A DNA stretch of 64,000 nucleotides from a virus, in UHGV virus genome UHGV-0090252; one strand, given 5' to 3'. The notes beneath the pieces are model-generated. The model was given only the letters and a program-made list of their open reading frames with translations, was not told where the DNA came from and did no database searches. This document shows positions 35,239-45,214 of this stretch, in pieces. Position 1 is the first letter of the stretch, and each line of letters begins with the position of its first letter. Both the position numbers and the translations under genes were made by a program.

Positions 35239-35822
35239 CAGTAAGTTTTAATTACAATAGTGATGGCTCTGTATCAATTAACTCACCATATGCAAATGAC
35301 CTACTTAAAGAGCTAGTCAGTCAGTGTGAGCGGGGTCTTCACTATGTTCAAAATTCTTTTAAACAGAAGACTATTGCTAATAACTTGATGCGTGTAACAG
35401 TGACGGCATCGAATCCAAACTATGACTTTGATAGTGAAAGTCCATACTCATTAGTTGCGCTTGGAGAGTCCAGCCAATTCAAACTTGTTTGCCACGACTC
35501 AGAAACATTCCTTAAGGTATTTTCCAACCTTATCCATAATAATAAGTACAGCTACGTTGATGGTAGTGTAAACTTCTATCCAGCAAACTATACATGTTTG
35601 TTGACTGATAATATGAGAAAAAGTAAGCAAGAACCTACAGAAATTTCATTTGATGTGAACTCTAGTCCAGACGCAGAAACAAGTAAGAACTTTGATATGA
35701 GTTACGCATTGTCACTTAGTAAGAAATCCGAGTTCATTGATTATGTCAATGGATTTGGTTTTAAGTTTGATGAGAGTATGAATCTTAAAAAACTTAAGAA
35801 CCTACTTAAGACTAAAGCTTAA
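35232..35822 (+). CDS. hypothetical protein
   Basis: 196 aa ORF. Confidence 0.5.
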   Translation: MLTVSFNYNSDGSVSINSPYANDLLKELVSQCERGLHYVQNSFKQKTIANNLMRVTVTASNPNYDFDSESPYSLVALGESSQFKLVCHDSETFLKVFSNLIHNNKYSYVDGSVNFYPANYTCLLTDNMRKSKQEPTEISFDVNSSPDAETSKNFDMSYALSLSKKSEFIDYVNGFGFKFDESMNLKKLKNLLKTKA

Positions 35823-35830
35823 GTGTGAAT

Positions 35831-35850
35831 AGGGGCTGATGCCCCTTTAA
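35831..35850 (+). terminator. hairpin AGGGGC-TGAT-GCCCCT (weak terminator)
   Basis: GC hairpin followed by T-rich stretch. Confidence 0.4.
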
Positions 35851-35869
35851 CTATTTATAAGGATATTTA

Positions 35870-36241
35870 ATGAAAGCTAAGAGTGCAAAAGACTTTTATT
35901 GCTTCCTACAATCCTATATCAATTCCGTGCAAAATGGTGAAAGGTACAACCTTAATGATGTTATCCCAACACCTTTGACATGGAGACTCAGCAAATGGCC
36001 TGAAGAAGATATTACACCAACAAGCGAACAACGCACCTACAAACCTGAAATCAATATTCCAGATTCTGAGAATCTACTATATCCAATGTTCCATATTGTT
36101 GGTCTTGGAAGATTCCTTATGGATATCCAGTATGTAATTGGTAAGGGTTATAAGGTTAAAGGTATTGTTGTTGGTGATGTATCTCCACATCACAAAGGTT
36201 ATTTTAGACTAAACGCACATTTAGAGGCTAAAAAGAAATGA
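35870..36241 (+). CDS. hypothetical protein, paralog of N-terminal domain of next gene
   Basis: 123 aa; shares motifs with the N-terminus of the Ig-repeat protein (KxKxxxDFxxF..., FxMDxQYxIxxGK). Confidence 0.5.
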   Translation: MKAKSAKDFYCFLQSYINSVQNGERYNLNDVIPTPLTWRLSKWPEEDITPTSEQRTYKPEINIPDSENLLYPMFHIVGLGRFLMDIQYVIGKGYKVKGIVVGDVSPHHKGYFRLNAHLEAKKK

Positions 36242-37623
36242 TTAAAGCAAAGACTTACCCAGACTTCAAAGAGTTTGTGAAGGGCTTCATTGCAAACGTA
36301 AAAGCTGGTAAGAGATATGATTTTAGAGCATATCAAGAGGCTATTTTACCGCTTACCTATAGTTCGTATTGGCCTGAAGCTGATATTGCAGAAGTTGAGG
36401 AGTTTGACTACAAACCAGACTACAAAGTTCCATTTAGTGATGAGTTGCTTTACAGCATTGGTGCTCAAATGAGAACTTCTGACTTCTTCATGGACTTACA
36501 ATATGCAATTATCAATGGTAAAGATGTTGATACAATTTATTGTGAATGGCTGGCAAGAGTTAAACCATTCTCAATGTTGAATGCTAAGTTGAAGGATGCT
36601 GTCAATCCACCAGCAATCACTCAGCAGCCAACCAATCAAACAGTAAATGAAGGTGACACACTTACCCTAAGTGTTATTGCAACTAATGCCACTGGATATC
36701 AATGGAAAAAGGGTGGTGAGGATATCACTAGCGCCACATCTGCAACCTACACAAAACAGTCTGTAGCACCTTCTGATGCAGGTTCATACACTTGTGTTGT
36801 ATCTGGAGAGGCTGGAACAAGTGTTACCTCAGATGCGGCAACAGTTACTGTCAACGCACTGCCTGTGATTACACAGCAACCTTCTAGCCAGACCATCAAT
36901 GAGGGTGGAAACATTAACTTGGAAGTGACTGCAACAGGTGCAACAGGTTATCAGTGGAAGAAAGATGGCTCTGACATCCCTTCAGCTACAGAGGCTACCT
37001 ATAGCAAGTCTGGTGCGCTGCCAGCAGATGCAGGTTCATACACTTGCGTTGTAACAGGTGCAGGTGGTTCTGTTACTTCTAGCCCTGCAACTGTCACGGT
37101 AAATGCTTTGCCAGTTATTACCAAGCAGCCAACCAATCAGGTAGTTAATGAGGGTAGCTCTTTGACACTGAGTGTTGAGGCGACAGGTGCGGAAGGTTAT
37201 CAGTGGAAAAAGGACGATGTGAACATCCCTAGTGCAACTGGTGCGACTTACACGAAAGCTAACGCAGTTCCTGACGATGCTGGTTCATATACCTGTGTAG
37301 TTACTGGTGCTGGTGGTACAACAGTCACATCTAATGCTGCAACAGTTACTGTGAATGCACTTCCGGTAATCACTCAACAGCCAACCAATCAAGAAATCAA
37401 TGAAGGTGAGACCTTAACGCTGAATGTTGTAGCAACAGGTGCAACAGGTTACCAGTGGAAGAAAGGTGAGGAAGACATCCTCGATGCAACTACTGCAACT
37501 TACACCAAAGAAGGTGCAACCGCTGCTGATTCAGGAAGCTACACCTGTGTAGTTACTGGTGCAGGTGGCTCTGTAACATCTAATGCAGCAACAGTTACTG
37601 TTAACCCAGCAGGGGAGGCATAA
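36238..37623 (+). CDS. Ig-like repeat protein (four tandem ~82-aa Ig-like domains), coupled to endolysin
   Basis: 461 aa; repeats of LPVITQQPTNQ..GYQWKK..AGSYTCVVTGAGG; stop overlaps the endolysin start (TAATG). Confidence 0.6.
   Translation: MIKAKTYPDFKEFVKGFIANVKAGKRYDFRAYQEAILPLTYSSYWPEADIAEVEEFDYKPDYKVPFSDELLYSIGAQMRTSDFFMDLQYAIINGKDVDTIYCEWLARVKPFSMLNAKLKDAVNPPAITQQPTNQTVNEGDTLTLSVIATNATGYQWKKGGEDITSATSATYTKQSVAPSDAGSYTCVVSGEAGTSVTSDAATVTVNALPVITQQPSSQTINEGGNINLEVTATGATGYQWKKDGSDIPSATEATYSKSGALPADAGSYTCVVTGAGGSVTSSPATVTVNALPVITKQPTNQVVNEGSSLTLSVEATGAEGYQWKKDDVNIPSATGATYTKANAVPDDAGSYTCVVTGAGGTTVTSNAATVTVNALPVITQQPTNQEINEGETLTLNVVATGATGYQWKKGEEDILDATTATYTKEGATAADSGSYTCVVTGAGGSVTSNAATVTVNPAGEA
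36598..37620 (+). repeat. four tandem ~246-bp coding repeats (Ig-like domain units)
   Basis: Near-identical DNA/protein repeats inside CDS 36238-37623. Confidence 0.7.
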
Positions 37624-38087
37624 TGCAACTCTCAAGAAAAGGCTTAGATACTATTAAGTTCTTTGAAGGTCTGAAGTTAGAGGCTTACGAAGACTCTGCC
37701 GGAATCCCAACAATCGGGTATGGTACAATCCGTATTGACGGAAAACCTGTTAAGATGGGTATGAAAATTACTGCTGAACAAGCTGAACAGTATCTTCTCG
37801 CAGATGTTGAAAAGTTCGTTGCAGCAGTGAACAAATCCATCAAGGTTCCAACTTCCCAGAATGAGTTTGACGCACTTGTAAGTGAAACATACAACATTGG
37901 CATCACAGCTATGCAGGACTCTACATTTATTAAGCGCCACAACGATGGTAATAAGGTAGGTTGTGCAGAAGCTATGCAATGGTGGAACAAGGTTACAGTC
38001 AAAGGTAAGAAGGTCACTTCAAACGGTCTTAAAAACAGACGTAGAATGGAAGCTGACATTTATCTTGACAGTGTATATCCAAAGTAA
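37623..38087 (+). CDS. endolysin, GH24 lysozyme family
   Basis: 154 aa; FEGLKLEAYEDSAGIPTIGYGT matches the catalytic region of lambda-R/T4-type lysozymes. Confidence 0.85.
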   Translation: MQLSRKGLDTIKFFEGLKLEAYEDSAGIPTIGYGTIRIDGKPVKMGMKITAEQAEQYLLADVEKFVAAVNKSIKVPTSQNEFDALVSETYNIGITAMQDSTFIKRHNDGNKVGCAEAMQWWNKVTVKGKKVTSNGLKNRRRMEADIYLDSVYPK

Positions 38088-38096
38088 TATCTTCAT

Positions 38097-38124
38097 AGGC
38101 TCCTTCGGGAGCCTTTTTTATTTT
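38097..38124 (+). terminator. rho-independent terminator after endolysin
   Basis: AGGCTCC-TTCG-GGAGCCT followed by T6. Confidence 0.6.
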
Positions 38125-38138
38125 CTAAGGAGAAAACT

Positions 38139-38537
38139 ATGAAACTTTGGGCTAGTGACTTTGGAACTTTTAAGTACACCCGTAATGGTTCGCTTGTACG
38201 CATTGTAGGTAACAATGTGGTTTCAAGAGGCGACAAGGTGTATACACGGTTTACTGTAGAACTTGTTGAACTGTCACCTATTGAGTCTGTGAACAATGGT
38301 CTGTTCAAGTTTGAGACTTACCATGTAAATGAACACGGACAGTTTAACACTCTAGGTGAAAGTGGCCTTGATATTATTTCAGAACACCCCTTGACAAGAG
38401 AGCAGCTTGCGAGTTACTATAAAACCGTTCTTGAAAGGACTTTGGCAACACATGAGCATGAGGCCAGATATCACATAGAACGTTGTGAAGTTTTAAGAGC
38501 AAAAATCGAACAAGCAGAGAGAGGTTTTTATGAATAA
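38139..38537 (+). CDS. hypothetical protein
   Basis: 132 aa; AAGGAGA RBS. Confidence 0.5.
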   Translation: MKLWASDFGTFKYTRNGSLVRIVGNNVVSRGDKVYTRFTVELVELSPIESVNNGLFKFETYHVNEHGQFNTLGESGLDIISEHPLTREQLASYYKTVLERTLATHEHEARYHIERCEVLRAKIEQAERGFYE

Positions 38538-38934
38538 TATCAGTCAGATTAAAGTTAAAGTCGATGTTAGCCGTTACAGTGGAGATGAAGAATTAGACCT
38601 GCGAGATGCGATTCTCTATGAGAAGGGTGGCAATCTGCATTTACATTTTGAAGGTACAAACACATATCTACACAGATGTCGAGATGATGTAGATGGTTGT
38701 CCTGTTTTTGCTTGGTATAATTTAGAGTTTCCTCTTTATGCAATCCACTATCCAGATGGTGGGGAAGACTGGACAACGCAGTCAATCTTTGATGAGCTTA
38801 ATGGTATTCCAGTTGAGCAAGAAGAGCAAGAAGAGCAAGAACCTGTTGAACTCACCTTCACTTTTATCAAAGAAGAGAAAGTAGGTGACTTGTCAGTAAC
38901 TGAAGCAATTCAAGTCTCACAGGTTATTCGTTAA
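38530..38934 (+). CDS. hypothetical protein
   Basis: 134 aa. Confidence 0.5.
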   Translation: MNNISQIKVKVDVSRYSGDEELDLRDAILYEKGGNLHLHFEGTNTYLHRCRDDVDGCPVFAWYNLEFPLYAIHYPDGGEDWTTQSIFDELNGIPVEQEEQEEQEPVELTFTFIKEEKVGDLSVTEAIQVSQVIR

Positions 38935-39227
38935 TGAGTAAAGTACAGGTTGTTTTCCCTATTTGTGACTTCTCACTAGAGCGTGAACTTGACCTGTACG
39001 AAGAAATTACTGACGAAATTATCTTGTCTGTTGTAGAAGAGGCTATCAAGAAACTATATGGTGGCCTCTTAAACCCATCAAGTAAAAAGCTCAATACTAA
39101 ACAAGTAGCTGATACATATACTTCTTATGATGCCTACAACAAACCTTTTGAAAATACCTGCTTTGACCTTATGGTAGGCAATAACAAAGTCAACTATTTC
39201 TTCGTCAGAGAGTTTAACGATGAGTAA
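38934..39227 (+). CDS. hypothetical protein
   Basis: 97 aa. Confidence 0.5.
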   Translation: MSKVQVVFPICDFSLERELDLYEEITDEIILSVVEEAIKKLYGGLLNPSSKKLNTKQVADTYTSYDAYNKPFENTCFDLMVGNNKVNYFFVREFNDE

Positions 39228-39564
39228 GCTCCATGTAACAGTTTACAAAAACTTCTCAGATATTAAAGAGTCTTTAACAAATAAGCTTGACTTACAACGT
39301 AAAAGACTCTTTTTAATGTATGACATAGACAACTACAACCATCCTAAAGAGTTCAACTACAAAGATGGTACAAAGGTTGTCGAATTTGAAGATTCTGTGA
39401 CGGTGTATGTCAAATATGACTTACCAGCAAAGTACATAGGGATGTTAGAGTATTACATATTCAAACATACAGGTATGCGTGGTGAAGCTGTCAAGATATC
39501 TTCTATAGAAGTTTTTGAGAAACCTAACACACAACTTAAAAAATATTTAATGAGGAAACTATAA
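39220..39564 (+). CDS. hypothetical protein
   Basis: 114 aa. Confidence 0.5.
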   Translation: MSKLHVTVYKNFSDIKESLTNKLDLQRKRLFLMYDIDNYNHPKEFNYKDGTKVVEFEDSVTVYVKYDLPAKYIGMLEYYIFKHTGMRGEAVKISSIEVFEKPNTQLKKYLMRKL

Positions 39565-40145
39565 TGTCCGAAGAGCAACAGGATATCATTCCACAAGTAA
39601 CGCTTGTACAACACTTTGGAAATATTGAAGGGTGTGTTGCACTTTTTCAACCAAGCATCAACTCTCCTGCAAAAGTTTGCAAACTGACTATGAATGTTAA
39701 CAACATCAGTGTTTGCCTTGTTGATGAAGTTCAATATTTCAAGTTTAATGACAGAGAGGTTGATGCTGCACTATTGAAGTACCGAGCAAGCCTCGAAAAA
39801 GACATCGACCACAAAGAACTTGTAACACTGTTTGGTGACCTTCACAAGCTTCTTGAAAAGGTTATGAAGCGCACATATTACATGAACAATGGTTCAATCA
39901 TCACCACTTTGATTTCACCATGTATTTCAGAGCCAATTTTAACTGATGACGGTGGATACTACGTGGTAGCATCAGCAGATTCTGATTGGTGGATGAAGAA
40001 CACAGCACTTAAAACAGTGATTGAGGCTATCCGCGAACATATCCCTTCGTTCAGCCCGTGGAAAGGTAAAAGTGATGATTTCATTGCACTATTGAGTGAA
40101 GAGAGTAACAAGCGTAGTGCATTACTGCCTAAAAAATACTCTTGA
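39564..40145 (+). CDS. hypothetical protein
   Basis: 193 aa. Confidence 0.5.
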   Translation: MSEEQQDIIPQVTLVQHFGNIEGCVALFQPSINSPAKVCKLTMNVNNISVCLVDEVQYFKFNDREVDAALLKYRASLEKDIDHKELVTLFGDLHKLLEKVMKRTYYMNNGSIITTLISPCISEPILTDDGGYYVVASADSDWWMKNTALKTVIEAIREHIPSFSPWKGKSDDFIALLSEESNKRSALLPKKYS

Positions 40146-40170
40146 CCGAGTATACAAAACTGATTATGAT

Positions 40171-40199
40171 GGGAGCTATCGAGAGGTAGTTCCCTTTTT
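40171..40199 (+). terminator. hairpin plus T5 (terminator-like)
   Basis: GGGAGCTA..TAGTTCCC followed by TTTTT. Confidence 0.4.
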
Positions 40200-40228
40200 A
40201 GTTTCTAGAGAAGAGACATGGTAAAAGA

Positions 40229-40447
40229 ATGAAAAAGTTAACTACAGTTGAAGATTACTACAAACTTTCCCTGTTAGAACAGTATCGCAGAAGCCATAAT
40301 ATCAGAAAATGTTATGGTAAGTACGCTGAAGGCGATTTTTACCATTGCTATGATGCAGATTTAAAAGGCGTAACACCTAGAGGGAAAGTTCTGCAAAGAT
40401 TTGTTAACCTTGAATGGAACAAACGATTGAGAGGGGTTGGAAAATGA
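40229..40447 (+). CDS. hypothetical protein
   Basis: 72 aa. Confidence 0.45.
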   Translation: MKKLTTVEDYYKLSLLEQYRRSHNIRKCYGKYAEGDFYHCYDADLKGVTPRGKVLQRFVNLEWNKRLRGVGK

Positions 40448-40947
40448 TTTACGAAGAAAGATATAAGATAGATTACCAGAAGACTGGTCATCATGTCTCC
40501 CTAAGAGTAACAAAACCAAATGGAGATACCGGTATCATAGCACATTTTGGTGGTGATTACTGGTACGGTACAGGTTGCTTTGAAGGCTACAGTCAAGAAT
40601 ACTTGAAAGCTTTCTACAGAGACTTTACAAACGACTACAACATGGTTGTTGATGAAAAGAACAAGTGTATTAAGCATGAACACCATGCCAGAGGATGCCT
40701 AAGTATTGTTATGGTATTGGCGTTCTTCTTAGCAATGTTACTGGTAGTATCAGCAATCAGTTGTATAGCTCAAGACTTGACCATTACACAGATTACTGCA
40801 AAGTTGCATGATGTCTGGTACTTGTATGTTGTTCCTTTAGCTGGTATCATCATCTCACTAATGAGGTTCAGAGTTTATAAGAAACGACTTAAGGATTCTG
40901 AGGTTAAACTTGAAGAGGTAAGTAAAGAATGCAACCTACAATTATAG
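40444..40947 (+). CDS. hypothetical membrane protein (two C-terminal hydrophobic helices)
   Basis: Start placed at ATG 40444 (ATGA overlap with upstream stop; ORF track starts at 40414); hydrophobic helices LSIVMVLAFFLAMLLVV and LYVVPLAGIIISL. Confidence 0.45.
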   Translation: MIYEERYKIDYQKTGHHVSLRVTKPNGDTGIIAHFGGDYWYGTGCFEGYSQEYLKAFYRDFTNDYNMVVDEKNKCIKHEHHARGCLSIVMVLAFFLAMLLVVSAISCIAQDLTITQITAKLHDVWYLYVVPLAGIIISLMRFRVYKKRLKDSEVKLEEVSKECNLQL

Positions 40948-41023
40948 CTGTATGTGTTCGTTTTGCAATCGCTGAAATGATTAACAAGGCAATCTTGAAA
41001 GATGCTTATGGAGAGACTAAGTA

Positions 41024-41248
41024 ATGATTAAAACACCTGTACCAATTTTTGGATTTCCTTCTATAGAAGAGTTTAAAGTTTATCTTGACAAAAACTTCTA
41101 CAACGAGCAGCCTGTTACTTTGCTGAAGAGTGACTTATCAGAGCTTCTTGATATGGTTATCAAGGCAACTCCTGAGAAGGAACCTGAGCAGAAAGCTGAG
41201 GAGAAGACTAGTAAGAAATCCGATAAGAAGACTGAAAAGTCTGAGTAA
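41024..41248 (+). CDS. hypothetical protein
   Basis: 74 aa. Confidence 0.45.
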   Translation: MIKTPVPIFGFPSIEEFKVYLDKNFYNEQPVTLLKSDLSELLDMVIKATPEKEPEQKAEEKTSKKSDKKTEKSE

Positions 41249-41300
41249 TAACTTAGGGGTTACTAGATAGCCCCTTTGTAGAAACTTAGAAGGTAGCGAA

Positions 41301-41723
41301 ATGAAAGAGCTTATTGGTAAAAGATTGACAGTTTACTGCTCTAAAACAAAGAAACCACTCACTTCTGTGAAGGTTTTTGATGTTGACACCACTGGTGTAG
41401 AGTATCCAATCCAATGCACAATAATTACTCCATTCAATGCAGATGATATGGATTTTAAAGAGTGTGAAGTGATATCTTTTAATGCTGATGGGTATTGGAG
41501 AGGTAAGTTAAACAAGCAATCAGAAGATTTTGATATGCAAATCATTATCAATGAAGGCTATATCGGTGTAAAAGATATCCTCGTAGAAGCCTATGAAGAA
41601 GGTATAATTGATATTGTGCATGATGTTGAAAAAGCTTTAAAGCTTGTTATGCCGCATTTAGAATCTGGAAAGCTGACTTTAGAGATGCTTAATAGGGTTA
41701 TTCGGAGAGCTTATGAAAATTAA
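41301..41723 (+). CDS. hypothetical protein
   Basis: 140 aa. Confidence 0.5.
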   Translation: MKELIGKRLTVYCSKTKKPLTSVKVFDVDTTGVEYPIQCTIITPFNADDMDFKECEVISFNADGYWRGKLNKQSEDFDMQIIINEGYIGVKDILVEAYEEGIIDIVHDVEKALKLVMPHLESGKLTLEMLNRVIRRAYEN

Positions 41724-42162
41724 AGAAGTAGTGCAAAGAGCAATGCTTGACAATTCTACTAAAGATGAGATGTACACAGAAATTTGTGATAAGTTGAATT
41801 GCTCAAGACATGCTGCTAAGGTTCTCGTACATTGTTTTATCTGGGAATGCTCAGAACGATACATGGAGCATATGCTTAAGAAAGAGATGGGTGTACAGGA
41901 GCCTATTGTCAAGAAGCATCCTTTACTTACTGGTTGGCAGTATGATATAAGAGAAGTTGAGACAGGTCTTTTAGTAGGTAATGGTACAGTCGGTACAATC
42001 TTTAGTGATGGCTCTTATACAATCTTGCTGAAGAATCCTACTAAGGAGTTTGCAAGACTCGACATGTATCTGTTTAAGGTTGCTGAAGATGACTTTATAT
42101 ATTCTCCAGAGAATGCTTATAAACCAATTTTCAGGGTCTGTAGAGAGGAAGGTGCAAAGTGA
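41713..42162 (+). CDS. hypothetical protein
   Basis: 149 aa. Confidence 0.5.
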   Translation: MKIKEVVQRAMLDNSTKDEMYTEICDKLNCSRHAAKVLVHCFIWECSERYMEHMLKKEMGVQEPIVKKHPLLTGWQYDIREVETGLLVGNGTVGTIFSDGSYTILLKNPTKEFARLDMYLFKVAEDDFIYSPENAYKPIFRVCREEGAK

Positions 42163-42731
42163 TTAAAAGAGACTTGAGAGTTATGGAAAAGGGTGATGTA
42201 AAAGAAGTTGAAGGTAACTACCTAGTACTTGACTGGAGTGATGTTCGAGAAGCATTATCCAAAGAAAGCCTTGACATACTAGAGCAGCTTGTCTTCTCAG
42301 TACGGCATATCAGAGAAGTTAAGAATGGTAAAGAGCCATTAGAAGGAATCTTTGTAGAGAAGTCTTATCCGTTCTATGAAGACACTTTACAGAAAGTTAA
42401 GATGTACTTTAAACAGAAGAACCGTAAAGTGGTCACTATGACATCTCTTGGTGGACAGAATATGTCTATTATGGAAGATATCAACCCTAAGAGACCGAGC
42501 AAAGGTGTCTGTATAAAAATCACAGGGCATGAAGAGTATATCTCAGTGGATGATTTTAGTGTGTTCTGTAATGGTTCTGCTGTCTTTAATGGGTTTCACT
42601 ATGATATCCGAGTGTACCCAATCAAGGGAGATGCTGTTATGATGCAGATATTCGATAACAACAATGGATTCACTCATTTTTATCAGACAACCAAGTCATC
42701 ACTGAAGACAGTTCTGGAAACACTGATTTAA
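42159..42731 (+). CDS. hypothetical protein
   Basis: 190 aa. Confidence 0.5.
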   Translation: MIKRDLRVMEKGDVKEVEGNYLVLDWSDVREALSKESLDILEQLVFSVRHIREVKNGKEPLEGIFVEKSYPFYEDTLQKVKMYFKQKNRKVVTMTSLGGQNMSIMEDINPKRPSKGVCIKITGHEEYISVDDFSVFCNGSAVFNGFHYDIRVYPIKGDAVMMQIFDNNNGFTHFYQTTKSSLKTVLETLI

Positions 42732-42742
42732 AATATCTTAAG

Positions 42743-42773
42743 AGCCTCCTTAATTGGGGGCTTTTTATTTTTT
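42743..42773 (+). terminator. rho-independent terminator ending the plus-strand block
   Basis: AGCCTCC-TTAATTG-GGGGGCT followed by TTTTTATTTTTT. Confidence 0.65.
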
Positions 42774-42789
42774 ATAAAATTTTATCGGT

Positions 42790-44300
42790 TGTACCAACCT
42801 CTGGGTCACCATCATATGTGAATAAAATATCTATCCTTCTTAACAGCCTTCTTAATCTTACTCTCTATATAGTTATATAGTACTATATAGTATCTTAGTA
42901 ACTATCTAGTGGTCTTAATAGCCCTCTGTATAACCCTTCTAACAAGCCCTCTAACAAGCCTTCTAAACAACCTATACAATCACCTTAACCATCTCTCTAT
43001 ACTCTCTTAGAAGCTCCCATACACCTCTTAATCTCTAGGTTAGCTATGACACTCTCTATAGGTGTTCACTAGGTATTACTAAGCCTCTATATAGACTGTT
43101 TTAACAAACTTAACAGGAATATCTTCACAGACCTTATCTCACAAGGTCTAACACGGTACTAACAAGGTATCTTATAAGCCTGTTTCCACCTGTATTTTTA
43201 AAAGACTGTATAGGTAATTATTCAGAATTTTAAAATTTTTATAAAATAGGACTATCAAGTCATTTTTTTAGGGTCTTTGAAGGAACTGAAAAATATCTGT
43301 AGAAGATGTATATCTGCTTGGTAGCCCTTAACAGCTCCCTTACAAGTACTTTGCAGAATTTTAAAATATCATTAACAGTTTCTTAACAGTTCTCACATCT
43401 TCTTAACAACTCTTCAAAGGTCTTAACAGTTTCTTAACAGAACTAACAAGGGTTTAACAGTTTTCTAGGGATTGGTAACAATACCAATTAACAAGTGCTG
43501 AATAGGCTTTACAGAGGCTTAACAGATGACTAACAAGAGCTAACAAGTTAATTTTTAAGAGTTATTTTGTTAAGATAATTAACAAGTCCCTAACAAGTGT
43601 TTAATCTTTTTAACAAGCTATTAACATGGTCACTACTCTTTTCTTATCGTTCCCTTTCCTTTCTTAGTGACTTCTTAAACATACCTCTTAAAAGCTCTTA
43701 AAAGCTCTTTATAGGCTCTTTTAAGTCCCTCCCTAGTATTTACCCCTCAACTGTATGGATAGCTCTTTATAGGGCTTTACAGGAGCTTTTAAGGCTATGC
43801 CAAAGGTTCTTACAAGGTTTTTACGTGGTCTTAACAGAGATTTAACAAGGTGCTAACAAGAATAACTATGTAGGGTTTGTTAAGAAAATGTTAAAAAAAT
43901 GTTAAGGGGGCTAGCATTTACGTAACTTTTAAGCTACTTCAAAGTAACTTTATAACCCCTATAACATACTTTTTAATAGCTATCAAGGGGTTTGTTTAAT
44001 CATTCACAAGATACTAGCCAGCCTATAAGCTTTCACCCTTATAAGGTTCTTTTAAGGCTCTCAGAAGCTTTATAAAGGGCTTTTTAGGGTGGGTTAATAT
44101 GATTGCTTAAGTTAGGGTGATAAGGCTGTTATAGGGCGTTATAGAGCGTTTAAGGGGTTGCCCTTCCCTTTCGGGTTATGGGCTTATATTTAAGTTGATT
44201 TGATAAGAGGTTATAGAGTAGACTATAGAGTTATTGCTTTTTAAGGTCTAGTAAGATTCTGGAAAGGAAAGGGAAAGGGTTTGTATAAGGATTCGATAGA
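42790..44300. repeat. 1.5-kb non-coding region dense in short motif repeats (TAACAG/TAACAAG more than 25 copies; TATAGRG; CTTTTAAG), with a strand-composition switch
   Basis: No ORF of 60 aa or more; left part almost G-free on the plus strand, right part C-poor; lies between convergent terminators. Confidence 0.6.
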
Positions 44301-44303
44301 CGT

Positions 44304-44328
44304 AAAAAAGCCCCTTTGAGTAGGGGCT
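44304..44328 (-). terminator. rho-independent terminator ending the minus-strand small-gene array
   Basis: Minus-strand AGCCCCT-ACTCAA-AGGGGCT followed by T6. Confidence 0.65.
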
Positions 44329-44366
44329 GTTCAGGTATCTGGGGCTAAATAGCCCCGCTGCGTCGA

Positions 44367-44615
44367 TTAGTTAGTGCCTTCTTTGTCGTAGTACAGGGAG
44401 ACAATTTTTTCACCCCAATAGTGAAAAGAATAACCCTCTTTAAGAACTTCCTGTTTTGTTTCCTCCCAGAACTCATTAGAAGGATTATAGTCGCTGATGG
44501 TCTGACTGATAAGACCTTTCACCATTTCAAAGGCGTTATCAGTGCCTGCAATGTCAAATTTAACATCCAGAGAGTAAAAACCAAATTCGTTAACAGTAGC
44601 GCGGATAGTTGCCAT
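44367..44615 (-). CDS. small protein, array gene A
   Basis: 82 aa; ATG immediately follows conserved leader ...AGGAGATTCAAAAATG. Confidence 0.55.
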   Translation of the reverse strand: MATIRATVNEFGFYSLDVKFDIAGTDNAFEMVKGLISQTISDYNPSNEFWEETKQEVLKEGYSFHYWGEKIVSLYYDKEGTN

Positions 44616-44683
44616 TTTTGAATCTCCTAGTTTAAGGGTTTTATTTAGTGGGGAAGGTCATTCCCTCTCCGTTGATTGACAAT
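44616..44683 (-). promoter_or_regulatory. conserved leader type 1 (GC hairpin GGGAAGG/CCTTCCC-like plus SD)
   Basis: Fills the whole intergenic gap; near-identical copies before 6 other genes of the array. Confidence 0.55.
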
Positions 44684-45214
44684 TTACAGATTTTTGATTG
44701 TCTCATCAATATCTTTTTCAATATCTCTCAAAGTTTTTTCTAAGTTCTTGATATTGAAAGATAAGCCTTCTCCCAGTGTCTTAGCGTAACCATTGGGGCG
44801 CAAGTCATGCAGTTCGATTCCTTCCACTTCGAAGAGACTAACCAGCTCACCGCTTACAGTGTAAGCCATTGAAACAGTATTTACAGGGGCTTTATAGAAC
44901 TTGTTTAAGAACTTGATTGAACGCTCATAAGCCATTTTATAGCTATTTAAAAGGTTTTTAACTTGGCTATGAACGTTTTTGCACTCATCCAAGTAAATCC
45001 CTAAGAATAGCGGTAATAATTCTGCTACAGCTTGCATAAAGTGAGAGACTACAACGGTTGCAGCATTACGACGATGAACGTAATAAGCCCCGTTTTCTGA
45101 TTTGGTGATGGTTGCAAAGTGTACCCCATTGCAGCGAAATTCGTAGGTATCTTTGACAGGCTTTGACATTACAGCATTTGAACGAATATAGTTGATGGCT
45201 TTGAACTTGTTCAT
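44684..45214 (-). CDS. hypothetical protein, array gene B
   Basis: 176 aa; conserved leader upstream. Confidence 0.55.
   Translation of the reverse strand: MNKFKAINYIRSNAVMSKPVKDTYEFRCNGVHFATITKSENGAYYVHRRNAATVVVSHFMQAVAELLPLFLGIYLDECKNVHSQVKNLLNSYKMAYERSIKFLNKFYKAPVNTVSMAYTVSGELVSLFEVEGIELHDLRPNGYAKTLGEGLSFNIKNLEKTLRDIEKDIDETIKNL

Noticed and set aside
36598-37620. Tandem 246-bp DNA repeats as a satellite or mobile element
   Set aside because: Repeats are in frame within a single ORF and encode Ig-like domains with conserved Trp and Tyr-x-Cys positions; they are coding domain duplications.
42790-44300. Possible protein-coding genes in the repeat-dense island
   Set aside because: No ORF of 60 aa or more on either strand, extreme strand-biased base composition and low-complexity motif repeats; interpreted as non-coding.
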